A stretch of DNA of 64,000 bases from Spirochaetia bacterium (GTDB lineage: Bacteria > Spirochaetota > Spirochaetia > WTKD01 > G963693115): the NCBI GenBank assembly GCA_965226055.1, contig CBDDCA010000005.1:96001-160000 (forward strand), in the 5' to 3' direction. The translations under genes were made by a program, and so were the position numbers. The notes under the pieces are model-generated. The model was given only the letters and a program-made list of their open reading frames with translations. It was not told the DNA's origin and made no database searches. How positions within the stretch are numbered: position 1 is the first letter of the stretch; each line of letters begins with the position of its first letter. Of the stretch, positions 10,096 through 19,430 are shown one piece after another.

Positions 10096-11037
10096 TTAGT
10101 TTTCTAGTAATATATATCCTAGTAATATTATAGCAACACAAAAACTGATAAGCCATGATACAAAATCATACTGCACAGTAGCCTTCGATGCAGTACGCAT
10201 AGTAAGAGATTGCTGAGCCTCTACATATTCGGCATTAAGCGTTTGAGCAATTTCTTTTGCTACGGTTGGCTGAGCAGTGGAATATGCCACATTTCCCTCT
10301 GTATCCCTTATAGGTACACCTTCTACAGTACGTACTATCTGTGCTTTATCAGAACCAACAAATACACAGAATATTGCATCATAATATTCCCTCAGTGTTC
10401 TAAAACGTAGCGCATTTACTTTTGTATGACTTTCCCAATCGGATAGTATTACAACATTTCCACGTGCTGGAAATAGTCCCTTATCACTCCTTTGTTCCAT
10501 CTGATAAAAAAGCTGTGCTATATCACTAGAACCTTGTATGAGAGGAGCTTTTATTATGCTATCAAGCGTATTAAATAAAAAAGCAGTATCACTCGTAAAA
10601 GGAATTACTTGCACAAGCGTATCAGTAAAAACAGAGAGAGCAAATTGGGTATCGTTGTTTGCTGTATTTTCTACTGTATTTTTTATAAGGGCAATAGCTT
10701 TAGCAATCCTGGTATCATCTGTTTCATACACATACATGCTCAACGAGACATCTAGTACAAAATGAATATATGTATCTGTATTTTGTGCATCTTGTGTAAC
10801 AGCAGTATTATTTGCCTTTGCTGCAGGATATAAGATATAGAGTAAGATTCCCAGTGCCATACTATTTATGAGTATATACTTAAAAAGAAACCCTCTTTGT
10901 ATGTTGTAATGCTGTAAAAATTGCAAGGTATATATTTGTAATAAAAAAGCTCTTTTTCGTTTATACAAACTCCATGTATACAATAGCAAAGGCAACATAA
11001 GTAATAAAGAATAATTTTGCAAATAAAAAAATGTCAT
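10096..11037 (-). CDS. vWA-domain membrane protein (BatB-like)
   Basis: N-terminal TMs, MIDAS DVSLSM, PFTSD, ILSDWE, C-terminal TM. Confidence 0.8.
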   Translation of the reverse strand: MTFFYLQNYSLLLMLPLLLYTWSLYKRKRAFLLQIYTLQFLQHYNIQRGFLFKYILINSMALGILLYILYPAAKANNTAVTQDAQNTDTYIHFVLDVSLSMYVYETDDTRIAKAIALIKNTVENTANNDTQFALSVFTDTLVQVIPFTSDTAFLFNTLDSIIKAPLIQGSSDIAQLFYQMEQRSDKGLFPARGNVVILSDWESHTKVNALRFRTLREYYDAIFCVFVGSDKAQIVRTVEGVPIRDTEGNVAYSTAQPTVAKEIAQTLNAEYVEAQQSLTMRTASKATVQYDFVSWLISFCVAIILLGYILLEN

Positions 11038-12035
11038 ATAGCCCTTAAAAATACAAGTTTAATAATAGCTGCTCCACATACCATAAATACAGCAATAAAA
11101 AATAATACGCGTGAGATATCCCTATAATCTGTTGTAGTAACATATGAGCTATTACTTACCACATTATAATAGATAGTGGAAAAAAATTCTCTCATATCTG
11201 CTTTTGATTCAGTCTGTTGATATTCTGCTTGTATTTTTTCTGAAAAAGGAAGCAATATATTAGTATTTACAGGCTCAATGTTTCCTATATGAGTGAGCTC
11301 ATCATTAGGAGAAGTATATACAAAATCAGATGCTTCGTTTGTACCAACATGTGCAATACTAAGCATAAGCGAACTATTGTTGATAACTTTTTCTGCACTT
11401 TGCATAGTGTTTATTCCACTGTTTTGAAGCCCGTCACTAATAATAACAAGGTGTCTTTTCTCAGATTGTATTACAGACAGTAGTTTCTGTGCGAAAATAA
11501 CTGCATCAGAAAAAGCAGTTCCTTCTCCCATTTGCCCTAGCCTAATAGAATGTATTGCCTCTTTAATAAAACGGTAATCGGTAGTAAAAGGAACAATAGT
11601 ACTCACATAATCAGAGAAAGCGACTACTGCAATATTAGCTTGTATATCTCTCTCTAAAAAAACTTGTAATTCCTCCTTTACTGCATCCCATCGCGATTGA
11701 TTATCTATATCTCTTACTGACATACTAGGAGAAATATCAAGTAAGAGCAAAATATGTACCGTAGTATCATCTTTTATTTTTCTTACATACGATAGCCTTG
11801 GTTGTAAAGAAGCAAATAGAAAGAACAAAAAAGCTAACAGCAATAAAGAAAAAAATAGTTTGTACAAAATTCGCAAATATAAGGGACTATTTAACGAGTA
11901 GTAATGTAGCTTTGTAATAAAACGAAGACGATATTGTTTACTATGCTTTCTAATGTAAATACATACTATACCTACAAAAAAAAGAGCAAGAGGCCATAAC
12001 CTCATCATTTCTATTTGAGTATTATAAAATTGCAT
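11034..12035 (-). CDS. vWA-domain membrane protein (BatA-like)
   Basis: N-terminal TMs, MIDAS DISPSM, PFTTDY, GTAFSDA, ISDG.QNSG, C-terminal TM. Confidence 0.85.
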   Translation of the reverse strand: MQFYNTQIEMMRLWPLALFFVGIVCIYIRKHSKQYRLRFITKLHYYSLNSPLYLRILYKLFFSLLLLAFLFFLFASLQPRLSYVRKIKDDTTVHILLLLDISPSMSVRDIDNQSRWDAVKEELQVFLERDIQANIAVVAFSDYVSTIVPFTTDYRFIKEAIHSIRLGQMGEGTAFSDAVIFAQKLLSVIQSEKRHLVIISDGLQNSGINTMQSAEKVINNSSLMLSIAHVGTNEASDFVYTSPNDELTHIGNIEPVNTNILLPFSEKIQAEYQQTESKADMREFFSTIYYNVVSNSSYVTTTDYRDISRVLFFIAVFMVCGAAIIKLVFLRAI

Positions 12036-12036
12036 A

Positions 12037-13023
12037 CTATCTGGTACACTCTATACACATATTTGTTGATAAAGATTGTGCTATAAAAGAATGTTTACTT
12101 CTTATCTCATAAGAAAATTTTTTACACTTTTCTAATAATTGTAATAAAAATTGACAATGTCTTTTTCTTACCTCTAAGGGATAGTGGAGTGTTCCGTATT
12201 CTGCTTCATACATAACAAAGAAAAAATCATGTAACTGTGATATAAAATACTGCTCTGTAATCTGTAGCTTGTCTAATAGTAAGCTCTCTATTTCAGCGTA
12301 TGTCATAGAGTTGGCATACGAAACTCCTAATAAAAACTGTAATCTTTTCCGTAAGATAGTATCGAGTGTTCTGTACAATTCTTTTGTGGTACATGTTACT
12401 CTCATTTTTGGGCTTCCTATTCTATTAAGAATTTTGAGCATTTTCTTAGTCTCATACACACTGTACAGGTGACTTATATAATTACGAATATGTATCCCCC
12501 ATCTTTTCAATAAAAACGACATATTCCAGACAATGCGTATTAACAGTACTATAGCATATACAAACACAATAATACTCACTATCCCATATACTATTATTCC
12601 TACTGGTTTTCCTGCAAGGAAAGATGTATAGCTACTAGTATCTTCAATACTAGATACTACTGTAACAACTGGCAAGGGAATTTTATAGTTATTTTCATAA
12701 ATAACAGGAAGATGTATTGTTCCACTTTTTTTTATCCTAAGACTCACTTCAATGTATTGTTTTCTCTGAACAATACGTCTTTGAATATGTATAAACTCTA
12801 CTGTATTTGTATTTGTGTAAGAATAATCATGTTTTAATGCACGCAAGCTAAAGTCTTCGGTAATGGCAATACGGATAACAAGCGTTTCTCCTACCTTAGG
12901 CAACACAGGTTGCAAAGATTCAACAGAACTAGAGAGAATAGTGGCTTGTGCTACTGATATGTGCATTGTCAAAAATAATACAATCAAGTAATAGATCTGT
13001 TTCATGGTATATATCATTTTCAT
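12037..13023 (-). CDS. Membrane protein of the Bat/MoxR operon
   Basis: Signal peptide, central TM helix; lies between DUF58 and BatA-like genes with overlapping ends. Confidence 0.6.
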   Translation of the reverse strand: MKMIYTMKQIYYLIVLFLTMHISVAQATILSSSVESLQPVLPKVGETLVIRIAITEDFSLRALKHDYSYTNTNTVEFIHIQRRIVQRKQYIEVSLRIKKSGTIHLPVIYENNYKIPLPVVTVVSSIEDTSSYTSFLAGKPVGIIVYGIVSIIVFVYAIVLLIRIVWNMSFLLKRWGIHIRNYISHLYSVYETKKMLKILNRIGSPKMRVTCTTKELYRTLDTILRKRLQFLLGVSYANSMTYAEIESLLLDKLQITEQYFISQLHDFFFVMYEAEYGTLHYPLEVRKRHCQFLLQLLEKCKKFSYEIRSKHSFIAQSLSTNMCIECTR

Positions 13024-13967
13024 ACTGTATGTTGATTTCTTAAAAAAGATGCAAGCGTATGTAACACAGAGTCGGTAGTTGATATATCAAAATACGAAGT
13101 TCCTTTTCTAAAATTAAAACGTTGCCAAAAAGACTTAAGCTGTGACTGATTTTCAATATATTGTTTTTTTACATAATTACTGGAAATAAGATGCTGTTTA
13201 GCGTTTTCAATATCGACTACATTCATAGAGATGCTATTGGGAAAATTGGCTTGCATATCAAAGAATACCCGTATAGCAAGCACATCATGAGAGTTTGCAA
13301 GAGTATTAAGCGTTTCAAAACAATTATCCATAAGAAAATCAGAAATAACAACAATTAAAGATCTTTGAAATAATATTTTCTTTGAAAAATACACAGCATG
13401 TTCTAAATCTGCAGTGCCTGAAGAAAAACGTGAGTGTTCCAGTACATAATACAAACGATGCACCAACGGTAATACATGGGCAGGAGGAATATACTGACGT
13501 ATATCTGAGTCAAAAATAACAGCTCCAATTTTATCTTTTTGTGAGAGTGCAAGAGAAGCTAATGTTAGCATTGTCTCCATAGCAATATCATATACTGATA
13601 CTGGAGCTCCTATATTCATAGAACTCGAACAATCAAACATAAACCATATAGTACGATTACGTTCTTCATGAAAATACTTTGTATGAAGTGCATTCATACG
13701 ACTACTAAGATTCCAATCTATATACCGAGAATCATCTCCATAATGATACGGGTTAGATTCAGCATATTCAATTCCTTGACTCTTAAATAAAGAATTATAT
13801 CGACCAGAACTAAGACCACGTATAAGCTTAGAAACATTAATTTGAGATCTTTTTAGTACTGGTGGAACGGAGGCAGAAAACTCTGTTGATGATCCTTTTA
13901 CCTTTTTTTCCATATACTTAGTGTTATTATGAGAAATATGGATAGCTTTATTTGGGAATTGAGACAT
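13020..13967 (-). CDS. DUF58 (vWA-like) protein
   Basis: G.Y.S.FKSQGIEY..SNPY..GDD.R.IDWN, FDCSSSM, VISDF; follows moxR. Confidence 0.88.
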   Translation of the reverse strand: MSQFPNKAIHISHNNTKYMEKKVKGSSTEFSASVPPVLKRSQINVSKLIRGLSSGRYNSLFKSQGIEYAESNPYHYGDDSRYIDWNLSSRMNALHTKYFHEERNRTIWFMFDCSSSMNIGAPVSVYDIAMETMLTLASLALSQKDKIGAVIFDSDIRQYIPPAHVLPLVHRLYYVLEHSRFSSGTADLEHAVYFSKKILFQRSLIVVISDFLMDNCFETLNTLANSHDVLAIRVFFDMQANFPNSISMNVVDIENAKQHLISSNYVKKQYIENQSQLKSFWQRFNFRKGTSYFDISTTDSVLHTLASFLRNQHTV

Positions 13968-14910
13968 TATTTAATATGTTTTCTAATACATAGTCAGGAC
14001 TTTGTTCATTTGCTATTGCATCAAAATGTAAGATAATTCTATGACGTAACACATCATATGCTACCTCTTTAATATCCTCTGGTGTAACATAATCACGTTG
14101 ATTAAAAAGTGCTACTACCCTAGCACAACGTAGCAATGCAATACTTGCTCTAGGCGATGCTCCATATTTTATGCTGAGATTATGTAACTGATTTCCTGCA
14201 TACCTATTTCTTGTTGCATCAACTATATTTACGATATAGCGAAGTATACTTTCTTCTACTCGAATTTTTTCAGAAAGATGCCCAATAAGAATAAAATCTT
14301 CTAAAGAACACACTTTTTTTGCTGTATCAATATGGATAGATTCCAATTTTTCAAGCATAGAAATTTCTTCTTCTTGACTAGGATACTCTACAAGAAGTTT
14401 GCATAAAAATCTGTCAAGCTGTGCCTCAGGTAATTCATATGTGCCTTCATGTTCTATAGGGTTTTGTGTTGCCATTACAAAAAAAGGTGCAGGGAGAGCA
14501 TATATTTCTTTTCCTAATGTTACCGTTCTTTCTTCCATTGCCTGTAATAAAGCAGATTGTACTTTAGCTGGGGCACGATTTACCTCATCTGCTAACACTA
14601 AATTTGCAAATACTGGTCCGTAATGAGCTTTAAATTTTTCCTCTTTCTGATTATAAATAAGCGTTCCTGTAATATCAGCAGGCAATAAATCAGGAGTAAA
14701 CTGTACACGTGAAAACTCGCTTCCTGTTACTTTGGAAATAAGTTTTATGATAGATGTTTTGGCAAGTCCTGGCAAGCCTTCCACTAGTACATGCCCTTGC
14801 ACACAGATAGCAATAATAATTTTGCGAATCAAGGCTTGTTGTCCAATAATACATTTATTCATCTCATCGTGTACTAACGTGAGTATGTTCTGCACATAAT
14901 TTGTATCCAT
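13948..14910 (-). CDS. moxR: MoxR-family AAA+ ATPase
   Basis: GHVLVEGLPGLAKT, RVQFTPDLLPADITG, DEVNRAPAKVQSALL, ATQNPIEHEGTYELPEAQLDRF, GASPRA. Confidence 0.95.
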   Translation of the reverse strand: MDTNYVQNILTLVHDEMNKCIIGQQALIRKIIIAICVQGHVLVEGLPGLAKTSIIKLISKVTGSEFSRVQFTPDLLPADITGTLIYNQKEEKFKAHYGPVFANLVLADEVNRAPAKVQSALLQAMEERTVTLGKEIYALPAPFFVMATQNPIEHEGTYELPEAQLDRFLCKLLVEYPSQEEEISMLEKLESIHIDTAKKVCSLEDFILIGHLSEKIRVEESILRYIVNIVDATRNRYAGNQLHNLSIKYGASPRASIALLRCARVVALFNQRDYVTPEDIKEVAYDVLRHRIILHFDAIANEQSPDYVLENILNNVSIPK

Positions 14911-15004
14911 ATATTTAATACTTTCCTTATTGCTTTTATTATATCACAAATAAAGGAGCATAGAATATCTAATATACAGCATGGCTATCATCATTTTTAT
15001 ATGT

Positions 15005-16228
15005 TTATGCGTCTTCGCATTTATATACTACCCCTCTCTTCATAACAAACGAAACATCAGACAGAGTATCAAGCTGTTGCAAAGGATTTTTTTTAGTAGC
15101 AATAATATTGGCGCTCACTCCTTTTTTAATAACTCCGCATTCATGGGATATGCCTAAATGCTTTGCTGCAACTGAGGTAATACCTTGTAGAGCAGTTTTT
15201 ATACTTGCTCCAAGCTGTTCAACTATAAGAGCTTCCTTATACACAAGACCATGGTACGCATCTGATCCTAAGGAAAAAGCGATACCACTATCAATAATAT
15301 ACTTCATAGATTGGGCAACGAAAGTTCTATGCTTACGAACTTTTGTAACTAAATCTTTATGACAGAAAGCCTCTCTGCTCTTATCAAGAAAAATTCCAGG
15401 AGTCAAGCAAAGTTTTATATCACTGTTCATCATTAAATCTACTTCTCTTCTTTCAACACAATATGCATGCTCTATCATATCAACACCATTTACAATACAT
15501 CTGTGCAATGCTTCACCGCCAATACAATGGGCAGTTACCATCTTACCTACTGCATGAGCTTCTGCTACAACGGCTTGTATCTCATCATGTGCCATAAAGC
15601 AAGGCACTATATTTCCTGACAAAGGTGGTATTCCAGGAGTAATAAATATCTTTAACCAATCTACCCCACATGCTAAATTTTCTCTGCTAGCTTTCCTATA
15701 TTCATAAGCACCAGTATAGCTTTTTCCAACATACCCATGTCCATGTATACTTTTCATACCAATACCAGACACTTTTAGATCTGGACCAATAACATCTCCT
15801 TTTTCCACTAAATCACGGAGAGCAACATCTAAATGATACCTATCCCCTAAAGAACGCACAGTAGTAATACCTGCCATAAGATCATCTTCAATATTTTTCA
15901 TAGCATAGACTGTTTGAACACATTCTTTTGTTTCCATCATAAACAAATGATTTTTGACACGAGCATCCAAAAAAAGATGAGAGTGGGTATCTATAAGACC
16001 AGGAAGCACAGTATATTTTTTAAGATCAATAGTGTGTATTGATGATACAGAACTATCTTTTAGTATCTTCTCACCATTATGAGCAATACGAAATATTCTA
16101 TCACTTGGCACAATATCAATAACAGTAGCATTTCTTATAATGATAGAGTGATCTTTAACAGGAATAAGCTCTTCTCCACAAAGAACAGTACTGGCACTTA
16201 TTACTGTATCACCTTTCAGTAATTTCAT
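15005..16228 (-). CDS. Metal-dependent amidohydrolase (Xaa-Pro dipeptidase-like subgroup)
   Basis: PGLIDTHSH (HxH), GITTVR, LKIF, AHCIG, IEHA, GSDA motifs. Confidence 0.85.
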   Translation of the reverse strand: MKLLKGDTVISASTVLCGEELIPVKDHSIIIRNATVIDIVPSDRIFRIAHNGEKILKDSSVSSIHTIDLKKYTVLPGLIDTHSHLFLDARVKNHLFMMETKECVQTVYAMKNIEDDLMAGITTVRSLGDRYHLDVALRDLVEKGDVIGPDLKVSGIGMKSIHGHGYVGKSYTGAYEYRKASRENLACGVDWLKIFITPGIPPLSGNIVPCFMAHDEIQAVVAEAHAVGKMVTAHCIGGEALHRCIVNGVDMIEHAYCVERREVDLMMNSDIKLCLTPGIFLDKSREAFCHKDLVTKVRKHRTFVAQSMKYIIDSGIAFSLGSDAYHGLVYKEALIVEQLGASIKTALQGITSVAAKHLGISHECGVIKKGVSANIIATKKNPLQQLDTLSDVSFVMKRGVVYKCEDA

Positions 16229-17751
16229 ATACGCTTTTTGTTCCTTTTTTTGTTCAATCTGTCCCGTACAAAAGGAAATAATAAAGAAACAATAGTGAGA
16301 AGTAAAAAGAAAAAAGTAACGGGTCTCATAAATATATCCAGCCAGTTATTTCCATAAATAGTCTTAGTAAGCATAATAGATTCTTCTAAAAGAGGGCCAA
16401 GCAACAGTGCCAACGCTACTGGAGCAAGCGGATAATTGTATTTTACCATACAATATCCAACTATTCCTGCAATAAACATCATTACCACATCAAACATATT
16501 TTGTTGTATAGAGAAAGAACCAACAACTGCAAGTACCACAATGACAACCGCTAAAATAGCTTTTGGCACTCTTAAAATATAGTTGGAAAACTTACATAGC
16601 CACCATCCAATAAACAATATAAAAACATTGATAAGAGCAAAGCCTACCAATACTGTGTATACCTTTCCTGCATTTTGAGTAAAAAGTAAGGGACCTGGTC
16701 GTAAGCCATGAATAATCATAGCACCAAGAAATATTGCTGCAGGCGCACTACCTGGTATACCAAGCGTTAGCAACGGTATAAGCGAACCGCCAGTCACTCC
16801 ATTATTAGCACTTTCAGAAGCCATTATACCTTCTATAGATCCTTTTCCATACAACTGCGGATTCTTTGAAGATTTTTTTGCTTCATTATAAGCAAAAAAT
16901 GATGCTATGTCTGGGCCTGCTGCAGGAATAATACCTATCCCTATTCCTATAGCAGAAGAGCGTAAAACATTGATGATATTTTTTCGTATTTCTTTTACAG
17001 AGAGTACTAGCTTACTGGGCTTTATCTCTTTTCCGTACTGATGTTGCTCTGTACTATCACCATTCACTCCTTTCTTCTGAGCTGTATGTTCTAATAGCTT
17101 TAGTACTTCTGGAATTGAAAACAGACCAATAAGGATAGAAACTACTTCAAGTCCTCCTGATAACTGATAGAACCCAAATGTAAATCGTGGATATCCCATT
17201 ACTGGATCTTGTCCTATAGTAGCAATAAGAAGTGAAATACTGCCTACAAAAATTCCTTTTATCATATTCCCTTTCGAAAGAGTACATACCACACTTAAGC
17301 CAAAAATTGCAATCATCATTTGCTCGGGAGGACCTATCTTTGTTGTTACTGCTGCTAACAAAGGAGCAAATACCAGAAGAACAATGGAGCTTATAAACCC
17401 TCCAACAGAAGATGCATATGTAACTGCAGCTAAGGATCTTCCTGATTGACCACTTTGTGTAAGAGCTTTTCCTTCCATAGCAGTAGGAAGAGAAGCAGGT
17501 GTTCCCGGTATCCCTAACAAAATAGCAGGAATAGAACCACCATATATGGCACCACAATATATACCACTTAACAGTAACAATGCCGCCTCAGCTTCCATGA
17601 CATACGAAAAAGGGACAAAAACAGCTACTCCCATTGTTGCTGAAAAACCAGGAAGAGCACCAAACACAATCCCTACTACAAGTCCTACAATACAGAATAA
17701 AATATTATAAAACCCAAAAACTTCACTTATACCAAGTATTACATGTTCCAA
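16225..17751 (-). CDS. tctA: Tripartite tricarboxylate transporter large permease TctA
   Basis: GALPG, YGGSIPAILLGIPGTP, ESANNG, PLLTLGIPG, GLRPGPLLF; multiple TMs. Confidence 0.93.
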   Translation of the reverse strand: MEHVILGISEVFGFYNILFCIVGLVVGIVFGALPGFSATMGVAVFVPFSYVMEAEAALLLLSGIYCGAIYGGSIPAILLGIPGTPASLPTAMEGKALTQSGQSGRSLAAVTYASSVGGFISSIVLLVFAPLLAAVTTKIGPPEQMMIAIFGLSVVCTLSKGNMIKGIFVGSISLLIATIGQDPVMGYPRFTFGFYQLSGGLEVVSILIGLFSIPEVLKLLEHTAQKKGVNGDSTEQHQYGKEIKPSKLVLSVKEIRKNIINVLRSSAIGIGIGIIPAAGPDIASFFAYNEAKKSSKNPQLYGKGSIEGIMASESANNGVTGGSLIPLLTLGIPGSAPAAIFLGAMIIHGLRPGPLLFTQNAGKVYTVLVGFALINVFILFIGWWLCKFSNYILRVPKAILAVVIVVLAVVGSFSIQQNMFDVVMMFIAGIVGYCMVKYNYPLAPVALALLLGPLLEESIMLTKTIYGNNWLDIFMRPVTFFFLLLTIVSLLFPFVRDRLNKKRNKKRI

Positions 17752-17763
17752 CTACATAGCTCC

Positions 17764-18282
17764 TTAAAAATACATATATATCCATTCTCCCGTAGGAAGA
17801 ATAATATGCAATATTTTAGAAAAAAACACATATACAATAGAGGTAACAAGGACTGGTAATAGCAACAAGAGAGGTTTATTGCGTATACCTTGAATAAACA
17901 ATGCGAAAAACATGTATAACACCGTTGCTAGTACATAGCTAATCTTTATGATAAGAAAAATATAAAGAAGTACAAGCAAACAAAAGATAAAAATCCTAAA
18001 TGACTGTTTTATAGTAGCATCATTCTCTCTATATCGTGGAAAAGTTCGCAATATAGTATAAAAGTGATAAAAAGCATTTCCTTTCGTCTGATTTGATGTC
18101 AAAGAAGAGGAGGCTTGTATAGATCGAAATAATAGAAACAAAACAAGTCCTCCACACAAAACAAGTAACATAAAAGGGTATACTCTTGCTTCCTGTGGTA
18201 TTGCACTAAATTGCAATGCAAAACCAATGAGAAACAATATAACAAAAAAGAGTCCTACATGTTCTCCCCAATTTCTACTCAT
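17764..18282 (-). CDS. tctB: Tripartite tricarboxylate transporter small subunit TctB
   Basis: Small 4-5 TM protein between tctC and tctA ending in F..ILHI.LP.G. Confidence 0.8.
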   Translation of the reverse strand: MSRNWGEHVGLFFVILFLIGFALQFSAIPQEARVYPFMLLVLCGGLVLFLLFRSIQASSSLTSNQTKGNAFYHFYTILRTFPRYRENDATIKQSFRIFIFCLLVLLYIFLIIKISYVLATVLYMFFALFIQGIRNKPLLLLLPVLVTSIVYVFFSKILHIILPTGEWIYMYF

Positions 18283-19238
18283 TATCTAGTGGCTTCTATT
18301 AACTTCTTATATGTTTCATGATTATCAAGATAAAATTGTGTAAACGCTTGATTATCTTTTAAGTCAATAAATATACCAGCTTTCTTTGCTTCTGCTTGAT
18401 ATTCTGTATTATTAAATGCTTTCTCAAATGCATCAGAAAGTGAAGCAACAACATCCGATGATACTCCAGATGGAGCAACAAGTCCTCTCCACATGGTATG
18501 AGTAAAATTAAAACCAGATTCTTGTACACTAGGAATATCAGATCGATTTTCAAAGCGATTAGCACTAGTAATAGCAATAGGAACAACATTGCCTGCCTCA
18601 ATTTGTGGCAATGCTTCTGCAACAAAGGGCACAGCAACCATACAATTATTTCCTGCCACAGCATTCACTGCTGCAGCCCCGCCTTGAAACACTAGCCGCT
18701 TAAATGTTATGCCTGCAGAATCTTCCAATGAAGCTCGTAAAAAATCATGACTTGTCCATGCTCCTCCAAGACCGAATGTAATTTCTCCAGGGTTTTCTTT
18801 TGCTTTTTGAATCAGAGCATCAATAGAAGTAATACCAGAATCTTTACTGGCAACAATAATATGAGGGTCTGCAGCATATTGAATCAATGGAGTAAATGAA
18901 TCTACAGTATACGAGATACCTTCAAAGAGTAAATTACCATTTGAATCAGGAGAAGAAAAATATCCAATAGTATATCCATCATTTTTAGAACGTGCTAATT
19001 TCGTATACCCAATAGTACCACTTCCACCAGTAACATTAGATACAACAATAGGTGAACCTAGTTCTTTTTCAGCATATTTAGCAAGCAGGCGAGTAGATAT
19101 ATCAGCTCCACCACCAGCCCCCCATGGAACTATCAATGTAATAGGTCTTGTTGGATAAGACGCTTCTTCATCCTGTGCACCAGCCCACACAGAATACGAT
19201 ATTAAAAAAACCAGAAAAAACAACAGTAATTTTTTCAT
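18282..19238 (-). CDS. tctC: Tripartite tricarboxylate transporter substrate-binding protein (TctC/Bug)
   Basis: YPTRPITLIVPWGAGGGAD, NVTGGSG, DGYT, WRGLVAP; signal peptide ending WAGAQDE. Confidence 0.92.
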   Translation of the reverse strand: MKKLLLFFLVFLISYSVWAGAQDEEASYPTRPITLIVPWGAGGGADISTRLLAKYAEKELGSPIVVSNVTGGSGTIGYTKLARSKNDGYTIGYFSSPDSNGNLLFEGISYTVDSFTPLIQYAADPHIIVASKDSGITSIDALIQKAKENPGEITFGLGGAWTSHDFLRASLEDSAGITFKRLVFQGGAAAVNAVAGNNCMVAVPFVAEALPQIEAGNVVPIAITSANRFENRSDIPSVQESGFNFTHTMWRGLVAPSGVSSDVVASLSDAFEKAFNNTEYQAEAKKAGIFIDLKDNQAFTQFYLDNHETYKKLIEATR

Positions 19239-19385
19239 AATACACTCCTTTTATTTTTTATAAATATAGTAATAATAAACAAATGCTTACTCTATTTAAT
19301 AAATTTAATTATAAAGCATATGAGAATAAATATCAAGAGATTTGGAATTAATCTTGTAGATTCAAATATTATATGCAGAAAGAAG

Positions 19386-19420
19386 AAAAAGGAATACAAG
19401 ATATTCTTGTATTCCTTTTT
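19386..19420. terminator. Rho-independent terminator (bidirectional) downstream of the 2559-aa lipoprotein gene
   Basis: Perfect 16-bp inverted repeat AAAAAGGAATACAAGA / TCTTGTATTCCTTTTT with 3-nt loop, 10 bp past the stop. Confidence 0.85.
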
Positions 19421-19430
19421 TTAATAGATG

